From NCBI GenBank assembly GCA_032718475.1, contig JAUCBJ010007979.1:1-36341 (forward strand): a stretch of 36,341 nucleotides of DNA, written 5' to 3'. This document shows, piece by piece, positions 1 to 12,154 of the stretch. Both the position numbers and the translations under genes were made by a program. The notes below the pieces were generated by a model. It was not told the DNA's origin. It saw nothing but the letters and a program-made list of their open reading frames with translations, and searched no databases. Each line of letters begins with the position of its first letter. Positions within the stretch are counted from its first letter, which is position 1. Origin of the DNA: Nemertoderma westbladi. Lineage: Eukaryota > Animalia > Xenacoelomorpha.

Positions 1-381
1 GCGTACATGACCCACCATTGGCTGTTGCAGCTCATCTGCTGGGTCATGCCCTGTACCCTTGCTGCCAGGTGCAGGTCGCAGTGAAGTGCCCTCAGAGTGG
101 ACATGAGAACACTCTACTCCTAACCAGCCATTGGTAGATCACCATCTGCCTGGTCAGGCCATATACCCCTGCAGCCAAGTATATGGGTCCTTAATCCAGG
201 ACCAAGGGCGTCCTTATCCCAGAACGAAGGGGGTCCTAGATACAGGACCAGATTTGCCCTAGTAAGAGGGTCTATGCAGCTACAGGTGGCACCTCCTTTA
301 TGCTGCATGGAGGTGGCAAGTTTTCTTGATCAATGACCTAGAATACCTGACCTGACCGTAAATCCGGCCTCGGCGGTCGAC

Positions 382-1359
382 GGCCTCGGAACCTTGTATA
401 ACAACCTCGGTCTCGGAACCTTGTATAACAACCTCGGTCTCGGAACCTTGTATAACAACCTCGGTCTCGGAACCTTGTATAACAACCTCGGTCTCGGAAC
501 CTTGTATAACAACCTCGGCCTCGGAACCTTGTATAACAACCTCGGTCTCGGAACCTTGTCTAACAACCTCGGTCTCGGAACCTTGTATAACAACCTCGGT
601 CTCGGAACCTTGTATAACAACCTCGGCCTCGGAACCTTGTATAACAACCTCGGTCTCGGAACCTTGTATAACAACCTCGGCCTCGGAACCTTGTATAACA
701 ACCTCGGTCTCGGAACCTTGTATAACAACCTCGGTCTCGGAACCTTGTATAACAACCTCGGTCTCGGAACCTTGTATAACAACCTCGGCCTCGGAACCTT
801 GTATAACAACTTCGGTCTCGGAACCTTGTATAGCAACCTCGGTCTCGGAACCTTGTATAACAACCTCGGTCTCGGAACCTTGTATAACAACTTCGGTCTC
901 GGAACCTTGTATAACAACCTCGGTCTCGGAACCTTGTATAACAACCTCGGTCTCGGAACCTTGTATAACAACCTCGGTCTCGGAACCTTGTATAACCACC
1001 CCGGCCTCGGAACCTTGTATAACAACCTCGGTCTCGGAACCTTGTATAACAACCTCGGTCTCGGAACCTTGTATAACAACCTCGGTCTCGGAACGTTGTA
1101 TAACAACCTCGGTCTCGGAACCTTGTATAACAACCTCGGTCTCGGAACCTTGTATAACAACCTCGGTCTCGGAACCTTGTATAACAACCTCGGTCTCGGA
1201 ACCTTGTATAACAACCTCGGTCTCGGAACCTTGTATAACAACCTCGGTCTCGGAACCTTGTATAACAACCTCGGTCTCGGAACCTTGTATAACAACCTCG
1301 GTCTCGGAACCTTGTATAACAACCTCGGTCTCGGAACCTTGTATAACAACCTCGGTCTC
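382..1359. repeat. 27-bp minisatellite, ~36 copies (CTCGGAACCTTGTATAACAACCTCGGT)
   Basis: Head-to-tail near-perfect units with rare substitutions and no spacers. It explains the repetitive ORFs 298..999, 330..1349 and 394..1494. Confidence 0.97.
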
Positions 1360-1436
1360 AGTAGATATACGGTTTATTTTGCTTCAGGTGAATATATCAT
1401 TATATCCATCCACCTCTCTAAAACATTAAATATTAG

Positions 1437-1783
1437 CAGTATATTTTATATACTAGGCCAGTATATTAGGCCTATATTTTACAGTATATACTAGGCCAGT
1501 ATATTAGGCCTATATTTTATATACTAGGCCAGTATATTAGGCCTATATGTTATATACTAGGCCAGTTATATTAGGCCTATATGTTATATACTAGGCCAGT
1601 ATATTAGGCCTATATTTTATATACTAGGCCAGTTATATTAGGCCTATATTTTATATACTAGGCCAGTATATTAGGCCTATATTTTATATACTAGGCCAGT
1701 ATATTAGGCCTATATTTTATATACTAGGCCAGTATATTAGGCCTATATTTTATATACTAGGCCAGTATATTAGCCCTATATTT
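1437..1783. repeat. ~33-bp minisatellite, ~10 copies (TATATTTTATATACTAGGCCAGTATATTAGGCC)
   Basis: Direct tandem repeats with small indels. The unit junctions form the TAGGCCTA palindrome. Confidence 0.95.
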
Positions 1784-2807
1784 TCATTCAGGCTACCTCC
1801 CATACGGGGAATGACTATAGGGGGTCTTCTCATTAATATTGTTGGTTTTAGCATCTTTATTCACAATTCAAATTAAACAAGCATTATTTTAATCTACCAT
1901 ACAGTAGTACTATTTAGTGTAAGTAAAAGTAATAATACTGACAATAAAATGGTAATGAAGGCATTTATACTGCTGGTAATATTACGCACTTTTAAGCATA
2001 TTGCCATTGCCATTGGGACATTTTACAGTATTTACGAGGTCTATAATTAATATTCACCGTATCGACGTATAATATTTAGCACCGGTAGGCCTATATACAG
2101 TAGGAAGGCCTACATTATGCAGTATAAATGGATTACATATTAAATACTGTCTGTATCTCACGTTTCACATTTTGTAATCAGCCTAATTAACACTCTTACT
2201 ATTTATCGCGTCGTGTCGTAGGCCTATGAGTGTATAGTATAATTCATCACTTACCCTTATATCACTTGCATTTAAAGTTGTACTTTGATTCTATACTGAT
2301 AACAATTAGTCTATTCCCACAAGCCTATTCCTACTTCTTGTCTCCCTCCGAGATATGGGGGGGGGGGGGGGGGGGGGGGGGCTTGACGCAGATCCCATCT
2401 CGGCTAATTAATATCCCACCTCAATGTTAATTCTCAATTTAGGGAAAGGAGCAGTTTACAGTAGTGGCGTGTTATTCTAACCAAAACAATAAACTAAAGT
2501 CAACAGAACAGGTTAGCTTTGTTTTTGGGAGTAATCAGTTGTTAGTTGCGTCGAATTTCCCCTGGAGGCGGATGTATTTTTATTGCGTTGAAAATCCCCC
2601 CTATCTGCCCCCTCCTGTCTTTGAAGGGTCAATAGGAGAGAGAGAGTTAGATGGTTTGCCCCAAAAATCATAATTTTTTGCACGTTCTGTCGTATCAACA
2701 CCAGCGTCTCTTTAACATTTTCGAGCCCCTAGGCTATTCTCAACTGGGTGCCTCCTAGGTAGCATTTTTTTAAATTTTGACGAAAATTGCTTCTACACTA
2801 CTACAGT

Positions 2808-3400
2808 ACTAATAATACTACTACTACTGTATCAGCATGCTGCATTGCAGCTGCATTATATATATTTATATTACAAATATATTTAGAATGCTATGCCGGC
2901 CTGTCGACAAAATCTCGCCGCCACAACTTCCTATCACACATGACATTTGCTAGATCATCCGCATCTTCAAGGTCATTGTCCTTTATGAGGCGTTTGTTTA
3001 TGGGATGCCTACCACCCACCATGCTTATGCACGAGGCCGCCAATGCACAAGATTATGTATTGGCTTGTCCTCACGGCGAAAGCAATGTCTACCCTGCAAA
3101 GCGGAAGCGGTTCCGTTCAATTGTCAAGTTAGGGGTGACTAATGAAACACCATGTTGTATAGAGTCTGATTGGAGATGTGTTCATTTTACTTGACACAAT
3201 GAACCCGGTGCAGCATTCTTGTGAAAGTGCCATCCAGAGATTTGATATCCTCTGCAGTTAGAGCCCAGCATGGACTCCCATATAGGAGCACTGGTACTAC
3301 GGCTGCCAGAAATAATCGAACCTTAAGGTAGCGTTTTATTCTTTGCGACTTCCAAATCCTGGACAGACTATTCAATGCTGCCCTGCCTTCCCCTTACGTA
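2808..3400 (-). mobile_element. 5'-truncated RTE-like non-LTR retrotransposon fragment (RT C-terminal region plus 3' tail)
   Basis: Minus-strand LSRIWKS..LKVRLFLAAVVPVLLYGSPCWALT..LDGTFTRMLHRV and RFRFAG match the RTE/RTE-X post-RT region. It ends in a (TAG)n-type tail and is homologous to 31710-32096. Confidence 0.75.
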
Positions 3401-3761
3401 TCCGAAGGTTGCGAATGAAAATCGCTAAAATTTTGATTACAGTTATGTCGCGAAGTAATAATTTTATCTCGTTTTAAACCAACCTGCCAATCGCCAATCA
3501 ACATTCGAGTTAGGTTAGTTAACCTCGTTTATTATCTAGATAGGCCAAGATTTACTGGAATTATATCGTCTATTATGTACAGTATAAACCCATTAGTCCC
3601 TCCATGGCGTGGCGGTTTGGTTTAATCCGCTGCCCTAAATTCATATCTCTGGTTCTAGAGGTCGTGGGTTAGACCAATTTCGTTTGGTTTGGATAGAATC
3701 AAAAACAATATTATTATTGGCCATTTGGAAGAATATAATTTATATATTTTTCTTATTATGA

Positions 3762-3987
3762 TAGGGGAAACATATGGTAGGGGGAACATTTCACACTTTC
3801 AACGTCCGATATCATTCATAAATAAAAATATATGGGGTCTTATAGTTATGGGGTCTTGAATTTATATTTCGCGAAGGAATATTTGAAATTAAACGGCAAT
3901 TGATCCAATTATTTGACCCTATCTTTTTTGTTTATGAATGCTATCGAACGCTGAGAGTGCGAAATGTCCCCCCCCCCCTCCCCCCTA
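3762..3987. mobile_element. MITE-like element with long imperfect terminal inverted repeats, TA-flanked
   Basis: GGGGAACATTTCACACTTTCAACGTCCGATATCATTCATAAATAAAAA (~3781) pairs imperfectly with TTTTTGTTTATGAATGCTATCGAACGCTGAGAGTGCGAAATGTCCCC (~3925-3971). The ends read TAGGGG...CCCCTA. Confidence 0.7.
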
Positions 3988-5122
3988 TTAGTGGATAGCT
4001 TTAACCCCTGCTTTAACATTTTCGATAACTTTCGCATAACTTTCGATAGCTTTCGTTAGCTTTCTGTAATTATTGTCCTATTTCAGAACTATCCAAGTAC
4101 TACTGTAGGAAAGACTTGTCCTTTCTGTGGGCCGTATGTATATATAGATAGATGTGGGTGTAGGAAGTAAAGTTAGGCATGGGCGGTTAAATTAGGTTGA
4201 AACATCATTTTCACTCAATGCAATAAAGTGTCTATCGATTATGTTGCGATTAAAAAAACTTTCTTATTTGTTTGTTTCTTATCGTTTACCGTCCTATATC
4301 CCTTGCATTCAATATTACAACAGACCCCTGAGAATGTATTGTAGGCCTAGATTGGGTGTTAGTGTTACCTATAAGTAATATTCAAACAAAAAATAATTGT
4401 TCATAATTAATTATATTTATGGTATGATCTCTTTATGTGATAGACCATGTTAAATGTAATCAGTGAGTAAAACATTTAATTTGTAACGGTTATAAATAAT
4501 GCTTAGCTTACTACATGTACTTTATTTGCTTGCCCCATAATGCCGCATAATTATCTGATCCCTGCATTAAGCTACTCTTTCAAATCAACAGCTTTATTTT
4601 GGGGAGCCAACCATGACCGTCTGTCCATCACTCAGTGGGCTAGAAACTTGCATATGAAAGATTTTCCAGATTGAGCAAATTGAACAGATGGAAGAATGGA
4701 CTTTAATTGAGAACATATATAATTGCCTATTATTAGCTTTTGTGTAGCTGTTAAATCAATCAGGGGCGGATCCAGGGGAGGGGGGGGGGGGGGGGAACAT
4801 GCCCCCCGGCAATTTTTGAACTATGACTGTAAGCACTAGCGTACCGAGGGTGGTGGCCATGTGGCTATAGCCACCCCCTAGGAAAATGAGAAAGCATACT
4901 GAAAAACCCCTTCCATTTGAAGTGAAAAAATAAATAATAAAAATATTAAAGATCCACATTCCAAATTTTCTGAAACAAAGGCATTTTTCTAAACTGAAAG
5001 CTTCGCATTGTAACATGGCTGGCTAAGAGCTAGACCAAGATCCTTGGAGATGGGGGGGTGGGGTGGGGGGGGGGGGGGGGTTGGGGGGTAATATGAAAAT
5101 ATCCCTTTGGTAGTATTATATT

Positions 5123-6330
5123 TGTAAAAGCTTTTGTGGGATAACTGATTCGTTTGCCTTGCTGGCCAGTTCCCCCCCGGTCGCTAGAATACTCTAAAAG
5201 GGATCTATAACTAAAATAGTGCAAGCTACCAGCTTATTGGCTGATGTGCTGTACGAAGGTATCTGGGTTCTGTTCGATCGGCCAACCAGCTTAGGGAGGT
5301 TGCCTCAGCCCTGCTGTCCGCATCGGCCAATAGAATTTGAGTGGGCGTTGATTTTGACCTATCCCAGAGCTACTGAACTGAATTTTCCTATCTCACTGCT
5401 CATCCTCTGTGTTGGACGGGAGCTTCGGGGAATAAGGGTAGTTGGTATCCTCGTATAGTTATCTAGTCATATGATTCTTTATATGATTCTGTTGTTGTGT
5501 TCCCATTTTTCGCCAGACCACCGGCTTTTGGGAAGAACTCTAGTAAAACTGCTTAAATTATCGAAAGTATAACTGTTATCCTACCTAATCAATCAATCAA
5601 CCAACTAGTCTCACTCAATTAATTTAACTGCACTAATCATATTGTTTGTACTGTTATTTACCGTCAGTTATTAATTGTATCTATTTGTTAATGAAATATT
5701 CCCCTTTGGAGAATACGGATAAATCACCCAAATTTCCCAATTTTCTTGATACACTACAGGTTAGAGAGACAGGCTATATATAACAATTGCGATTTATATC
5801 AATGTGGTGTGTATTGAATCTAATGTTATTTAGCAGACCCTACATGAGTCAATTGCTGCTCTCTTTATGTGTGATCAAATTTACTGACGGTCGGCAGAAT
5901 AGTGTGCATGATTGTGATTGGTAACAAAGCATTTCCTAAAGAATGCGCCTTATACTTTAATCATAAGCAGTATCGTTGCGTTTAGTATAAGTCCTAGTTC
6001 TGTTTAAATAGATAGAGCGCCACGTCCTAAAGGAACTGTTAATATTTCCCGAAAGCCAATAATATCTGTCAGAAATTAATTATTAACGATCTATCGAATA
6101 ATACAATAGGTTTACACTGCAACCTTACACTGCAATAATAAAATTTAAGCAGCCGAATTCAGCCTCCCGGGTGTAGATCCATCGGGTGAATGATCGCGCA
6201 TGGGCTGGCTTCGGTTAATGTTTTGTTTATTAGCATAAAATATTGTCGTATGCTAAAGGTGTTTTAATTAACTAAAAGACATATAAATTTTGGCAGGTTA
6301 AACTGCTAAAGGTCTTCAAAAGCGCGAACA
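5123..6330 (+). repeat. 5' LTR (1208 bp)
   Basis: TGTAAAAGC...GCGCGAACA, a direct repeat of 19805-21012. CCAAT at ~5328, TATATATAA at 5775, AATAAA at 6137. Confidence 0.97.
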
Positions 6331-6398
6331 ATAACAGTTAACGATCTTATTGCAGTAAGCAATAAGGTTGCAAAATACCGTAGTGACCGGTAAACCTG

Positions 6399-6524
6399 AA
6401 CCGGTACTTCTGTGGGTCAGTGGGCCCAACTGCCGGAACCGGTGCTGCTGTGGGTCCGTGGGTGCAGCTGCCAGAACCGGTGCTTCTGTGGGCCTGTGGG
6501 CCCAACTGTTCTAACCGGTACTTC
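6399..6524 (+). repeat. 38-bp GC-rich tandem repeat (~3.3 copies) in the element leader
   Basis: AACCGGT recurs at 6399, 6437, 6475 and 6513, each followed by similar sequence. Confidence 0.85.
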
Positions 6525-6696
6525 CAGTATGGGTGCATTAGTATTATTCGATTTTGATTATTGTATACCGGTAGGTCTCGATATTAAATCGGGGACGCCT
6601 GGTTTTTATTGGGATTTTACTTAGGTCTATTTCTGTCAGTTTTATTTCCTAGTAAGTTAATATTGAGCTGAAGACGTGTAAGTCTGCTCAGATTGT

Positions 6697-7272
6697 TCAG
6701 ATAATTGTAGGCTGAACTGCTGTCTGACTGTTGTTGGGTTTGGAGAGATTACGGCGTGTGTAGAGTTTGTCTGATAAAGTGCCGTTAGTAAGTTGGGGCA
6801 GCCATATGCTGTAAGGTCAATCCCCTCTTAAAGAATAAGTCGTACTACCGTGTTAGAACGCATACTAACTAACTGTTTCAGAATCTGCATATACTGTAGT
6901 TTATTTAGGCTTGATCGTAGTCTGCCAGTGTTTTAGCCTGTGTTTGTTTGTGTGGTCTGTTCAGGTACCGTAATAGTTATTACTCAGATATTTTGTAGGC
7001 TGGATTGTTGTCTAGCTATTATTAGGTCTGAAGGGATTGCTGTGTGTGTGGAGTTTGTCTGATAAAGTGCTGTTAGTAAGTTGGGGCAGCCATATGCTGT
7101 AAGGTCAATCCCCTCTTAAAGAATAAGTCGTACTACCGTGTTAGAACGCATACTAACTAACCATTTCAGAATCTACACGTACGGTAGTTTATTTAGGCTT
7201 GGTGGTAGTCTGCCAGCGTTTGGTTTGTATTTTGTTTGAGTATTCTGTACGGGTAGCGTAATATTTATTATT
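6697..7272 (+). repeat. 288-bp tandem duplication in the element leader; each copy contains a 94-nt intron-like core
   Basis: GAGTTTGTCTGATAAAGTG at 6763 and 7051. The cores at 6788-6881 and 7076-7169 read GTAAGT...TACTAAC...TTTCAG. Confidence 0.9.
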
Positions 7273-8551
7273 CAGAGTTTATGCGATTATTCGCAACATT
7301 CATGTCCCCAAGTTTATTCCTACAGTAATTGTGCTTGTTATACATACCGTTATAGTTAAATTAACCCCGGTACTACACGGGCTGCTTGGCGTAGGACAAG
7401 ACTGGTGACTTTGTGCTCTGGTCACTCCAGCAGATGCCGTGGTTCTTTTAACTGTTCAAGTATATTTAACTACTGATTATTTGTTATACCGGTACTTGTA
7501 CCTAATTTAGGGTTTAGTGTACAGTGCTTTCCGAAGTAATTAGTGTGTAGGCAGTATATTTGTGTTGTAAAGTGGTTGATAGGCACATTCGTTAGCACTA
7601 TTAATTTCTAGGTAGGAACACTCCGTGATACATAACGTAGTACCTATAGCGATACGGTTATAGGTCGTCAGGCGGTGGTATTTTCCTATCTGGACAACGC
7701 AATATATTTACTACTACTTATTATTTCAAATACCGTAGTACCCTGTCCGTTGTAATAACCAGAAATCTAACCCTTTGTTAGGCTGGTTTGTAGACTTCCT
7801 GTAAAATTACTCTAAAAATCTCGTACGTAATATTTTTGTTGTGTTTAATAAGAGATTTAATCTCACCCATATCGTAAGTAATTTGTAGTATTAAGTAACT
7901 TAGGTAAATTAGAATTATCAGTTTTAGTGTCAAATAAATAGCACTTCACTGAGAGCGCACAGCTTCTGTATAGTGACCCCCCAGAAATAATAACATTTAT
8001 TTCAAGTATTGAAAAACCCATTTTAAACGGGTATATATCTATTATAAATCAACTCAAACGATTTATAAATAGTAGGCCTGCCATACAACAACTAGGTATC
8101 AATATCAGTTGGACTACTGCTTAAATAACGGTAATAAAGCAAGTTAAAGTAACCAAGTAACCCTAAAATATTCAGAAATTCAATTATTCTAAAATAATTG
8201 ACATACCGGTATTTACCATAGGCTTATTATATTTATTTCTATAAATTTGAGCTGAAATCATACCGGTACTCTGTAATTAATTCTAGTTCATAATTATACT
8301 TATATATACTATCAGTGTAAGCTGTATACCGGTATTCACGATAGGCCTATTATATATATATATCTGTGCTAAATTTATATACCGGTACTCTGTGACAAAC
8401 CTAGTTTACAATACTTATATATATTATAAGTGCATACTGGTATTCTAATATACTGCAATAAATTACCGGTACTAGGCCAGCGGTCATACTGAATTACTAG
8501 ACTTGCTTTAACTGTAACTATAGCAGTAAGCATTCAACTGTATAGCTAAAC

Positions 8552-11500
8552 ATGTCTGACACTCAGCAAAACCTGTCAGACAGTCTAATCGATACAACCA
8601 TCTGTGACACAGATAGGAGTGTAGAGCGATTAAGAAAGGAGTTCAGTTCACCTCCTACTGCAAGAAAGGTCACCCCTCCAGTAGTATCAGACCCTAAGCT
8701 AATCCACCATAGGTCCATCATAGGTACTCGGGCCCAAGTCAAACGGAACCAGGAAGCAGCTGTCCCACAGCAGCAACAGCCTAGTCAAGAAACTAGTTCC
8801 CAGCGATCCGATAGCTCCAGTAGTTCAGATACTGTCGAGCTGACCCCCGAACGCGGATTGCAGATGGCGGCAACAGCCTACTCGGACCCTCTTCTCACCC
8901 TTCCTGCCGCAGTGCTAACCACTATATTGATTGCGGTGGAGGAACATCAAGCAGATTGGGCGAGGAATAAGAAAGCGACCCAAGATAATTATGCGGGATA
9001 CGCCAGGGAAGAATTGATGTCTATTGTCGAGTCACAATGGAACTTTCCCGGACCTGGACTCCCGTTAGATCTGTCCGAAGCTACTTGGGAGGATATACAC
9101 TGGATGGGAGTGACTAAAGATACAATGGATCCAGCTGTTTGGAAGAGGTCGGCAGCAGGATATGTGCAAGGGTTCTTCGGCTCCTTAGAGCGATTAGAAG
9201 AACAACTGTTTCGACAACCTCAAGGACCTCAAGAGCAGGAAGAGCTGCTTTATCAAGTACGCGAAAGAACCCTACGTATTAGAATAATCCTATCAGCCTT
9301 TGAGGAAACTTCCAAAAGAAGACAGGACACGTCGCTGCAGGTTTCTGTTAAGACTTGGTTCCAGCGAGTAGGTCGCAAAGTGCAAGAAACGGACAAGTGG
9401 AAATCCCAGCTGTCTGAGAGACTAACTTATAAAGACCCAACTGATGTCACCCTTTCTCAAGCGGAAAGCGAAGAGACCGCCGAGAAACCGCGAACTAGAG
9501 ACGCTATCGACATTTATCTGTCCGACTATCAGCGATTCCTAGGAGACGAAGAGTTGAGGAGACGGCTGTCTGGACTTTCCCCTAATAGTGAAGGAACCAA
9601 GCTTGTGTTGGACTCAATCGATGCCGAAATGTTAGCTGCAAACCAAGCTGAATGTGATGAAAAACTCCGCCTCACTAGAGTCCGAGAAGAATAAGTAAAG
9701 AAGGAACGGATAGAGAAAAGAAAGGTGGCAGCAGCAGCGGCGGCAGAAGCAGAAGCCGAAAGAAAGGCGGCAGAAGCAGAAGCCGAAAGAAAGTGGGCAG
9801 AAGCAGAAGCCGAAAGAAAGGCGGCAAAAGCAGAAGCCGAAAGAAAGGCGGCAGAAGCAGAAGCAGAAAGAAAAGCAGCAGTGGCAGAAGCAGAACGGAG
9901 AGCTTCTGAGGAGACTATCCAACTGGAGTTGGAAAATCTGCAAGAGACACAAGACAGTATAAATAAACAGTTTACTGCTAATCAAATGCAGATGATGAGA
10001 AAATCTACTCCCAAGCGCCAGGGATACACATCCTCGGAGGAAGGCGAGACCACCGATCCTGAAGGCGGAGGAAATAGATCTCATCTAAGTAGGCGTAGAA
10101 AAACATCTTACCGTCGCAAATTGCCTGATTTGCCCCCAGCTGTTAAAAGACAGCTAACTAGCACAGACTTAGGTAGTGCAGAACCCATAGAACAATTTAT
10201 CCAGGTCAAAAGACTCCCTACTATAGTCGATGAACCTGAAATAATTAGGCCTGTCGTTCCCAAAGTCACTTCTGTGCTAGAGACCCCTGCACTTCCAGAG
10301 CTTAACTCTAAATTCCCTTTACATAGTACCACACTGCCTGTACCCGGTGGAACAATCCATGCAAATACCCCTGTCCTGAGCATGGAGAGAGGAATCAAAG
10401 ATTTGTCTCCCGTCGTCCCGCGTCAACCCGCTACTATGTTGGCGACTCCCGCTTCGGCGGTTGAGTGGGTAGAAGAGGGACAGCGGGGGATGAATCTCCT
10501 GCTAGGACAGATGCAGGAGACTGTCCACCAACTTAAGGGAACAGTGAGGGAAGGTAGAGCAGAGTTGCAAGAAGTGCAGCAAAGTATCGCACTAGAACGC
10601 GACAAATTAGTCAATATACAAAAGGGCATACCAATACCCCCTGTAACATTGTGTCAACCTGTTAGGTCTGAAGTATTACATGCGCAAGGTGTGGAGCCTA
10701 CATGCATCTATACTGCTAGTGAAGTTGAAACTCCTATAACAAACCCTATTAAGGGTGATTATAGACCTGTTATTAATGATATCCCCTATAGACCTGATAA
10801 TGATCCGAGAAATTTATATACCGATAATTCGATATTAAATAACACGATGGCCCAAGAAAGCTTTACGCGTCAGATGGCTAGAACAGAAGCCCGCCAAGGG
10901 GTCAAAGTGGGAGAGATCGTCAAATTCAATGGAGACGAAATGAAATGGTTACCTTTCAACGAATATTACAAAGACAGCATACAGAACTCTGTGCTATCTA
11001 ACGGAGAGAAACTTAGGTTCCTCATCAAGTGCCTGGAAGGACCTCCCAAGTTAATGGCGTTAAAGTTTATTGGACATCCAGAAGGATTAAGACAAGTTTG
11101 GGATACATTAAACATCAGGTATGGTAACAAAGATAACATAGCTAAGTATTTGTATGCAAAATTAGTAGCCCCCAGACACTTCCTTAGTAGCGGGATTATA
11201 GAGTTTTCAGATGAAATTCAAGAGATCTGTAGACAACTGGACTGGTTAGGTAAGTCGCATGAATATCAGAGTTCCATGGTTATTGGAGCCGTAGTCTCTA
11301 CTTTACCAAAGGGTGGAGTATGTACACGCTGGGACAAGAAAGTGTTGTACATGAATGAACAACAACGACGAAGTCCTACCATGGCTGACCTCATGTCCTT
11401 CTTAGATGGTGAGGTAAAACTACAACTCATCAAGCAGTCCAGAGAGAAAACATCGGAAAATAAGGTAAGTGAGAAACCCGCTTCTAGGAGAAGAGTAACA

Positions 11501-12154
11501 CCGGTGTGTTACACTGACGACGGCGAAAGCCAAGCTTCTCAAGAAGAAGACAGCGGGAAAGACACCGAACGATCTTACTATGTTGACAAAACCTCCAAGG
11601 ACGTAAGTAAATACAAGGCTCGAACCAACAATAGGAGAGAACAGGTTGCTAAGACCCCTCCTCAGTCTCCTAGCAGAATGCGCGGAAGAAAGCCCGAAGA
11701 AAGAACGAGAGTGCATCAGATTACCCAAGGTAAAGTAAGTAACATAAAACCTAACTGTGCGCTGTGCGACGGGACCCACCGTTTGAGTGCGTGTGCGGAA
11801 TTTCTAAAGAAATCCCTTGTAGACAGACGTACAGTTGTGTGGGACAAGCGGTTATGCTATAATTGCCTCAGACCAGGACACCAACGGCGAACCTGTTACT
11901 CCGACACAAAGTGTGAAAAGTGTGGTGCGAAACATCACATCTTGTTACATAGTGAGTTCGAACGAGACAAGCAGAGTCAGGTAAGTGAGTCCGAACTACA
12001 TGTCCAATTCAGTGATGTAAACGACACTGATCAGGAGTCTGAGATGGAAGGATTCTATACTGACGAATTCTCCGACGCCAACGAATCCTGTTACCTAATA
12101 AATACCGCAGTGTATCGAGCACTTACGTATGAAAACAATGAGTTCCGACAATGA
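8552..12154 (+). CDS. gag: BEL/Pao Gag (~1200 codons) interrupted by one in-frame TAA at 9692-9694
   Basis: ORFs 8552..9694 and 9725..12154 share one frame, and the 10 codons between them are open. DUF1759-like KFNGDEMKWLPF. Knuckles CALCDGTHRLSAC, CYNCLRPGHQRRTC and CEKCGAKHHILLH. Confidence 0.88.
9743..9897 (+). repeat. 27-bp coding repeat (AEAEAERKA)n within gag
   Basis: GCAGAAGCAGAAGCCGAAAGAAAGGCG occurs ~5.5 times; predicted charged helix. Confidence 0.9.

Noticed and set aside
382-1359. CRISPR-like array
   Set aside because: No unique spacers, no cas genes, eukaryotic context. The same applies to the 20-bp array.
298-1494. Long repetitive ORFs (VVIQGSETE, LYKVPRPRL, LYNNLGLGT)
   Set aside because: By-products of a 27-bp unit that is a multiple of 3; open on both strands with no unique coding context.
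5219-5458. 79-aa ORF repeated at 19901-20140
   Set aside because: GTG start, no recognisable motif; duplicated only because it lies in the LTR.
6760-6881. Hammerhead or other self-cleaving ribozyme in the leader repeat
   Set aside because: CTGATAAA does not match CUGANGA and there is no GAAA core in position; splice signals fit better.
12102-12154. Programmed gag-pol ribosomal frameshift
   Set aside because: No canonical -1 slippery heptamer is seen. A 13-nt duplication explains the shift, and BEL elements usually have fused gag-pol.
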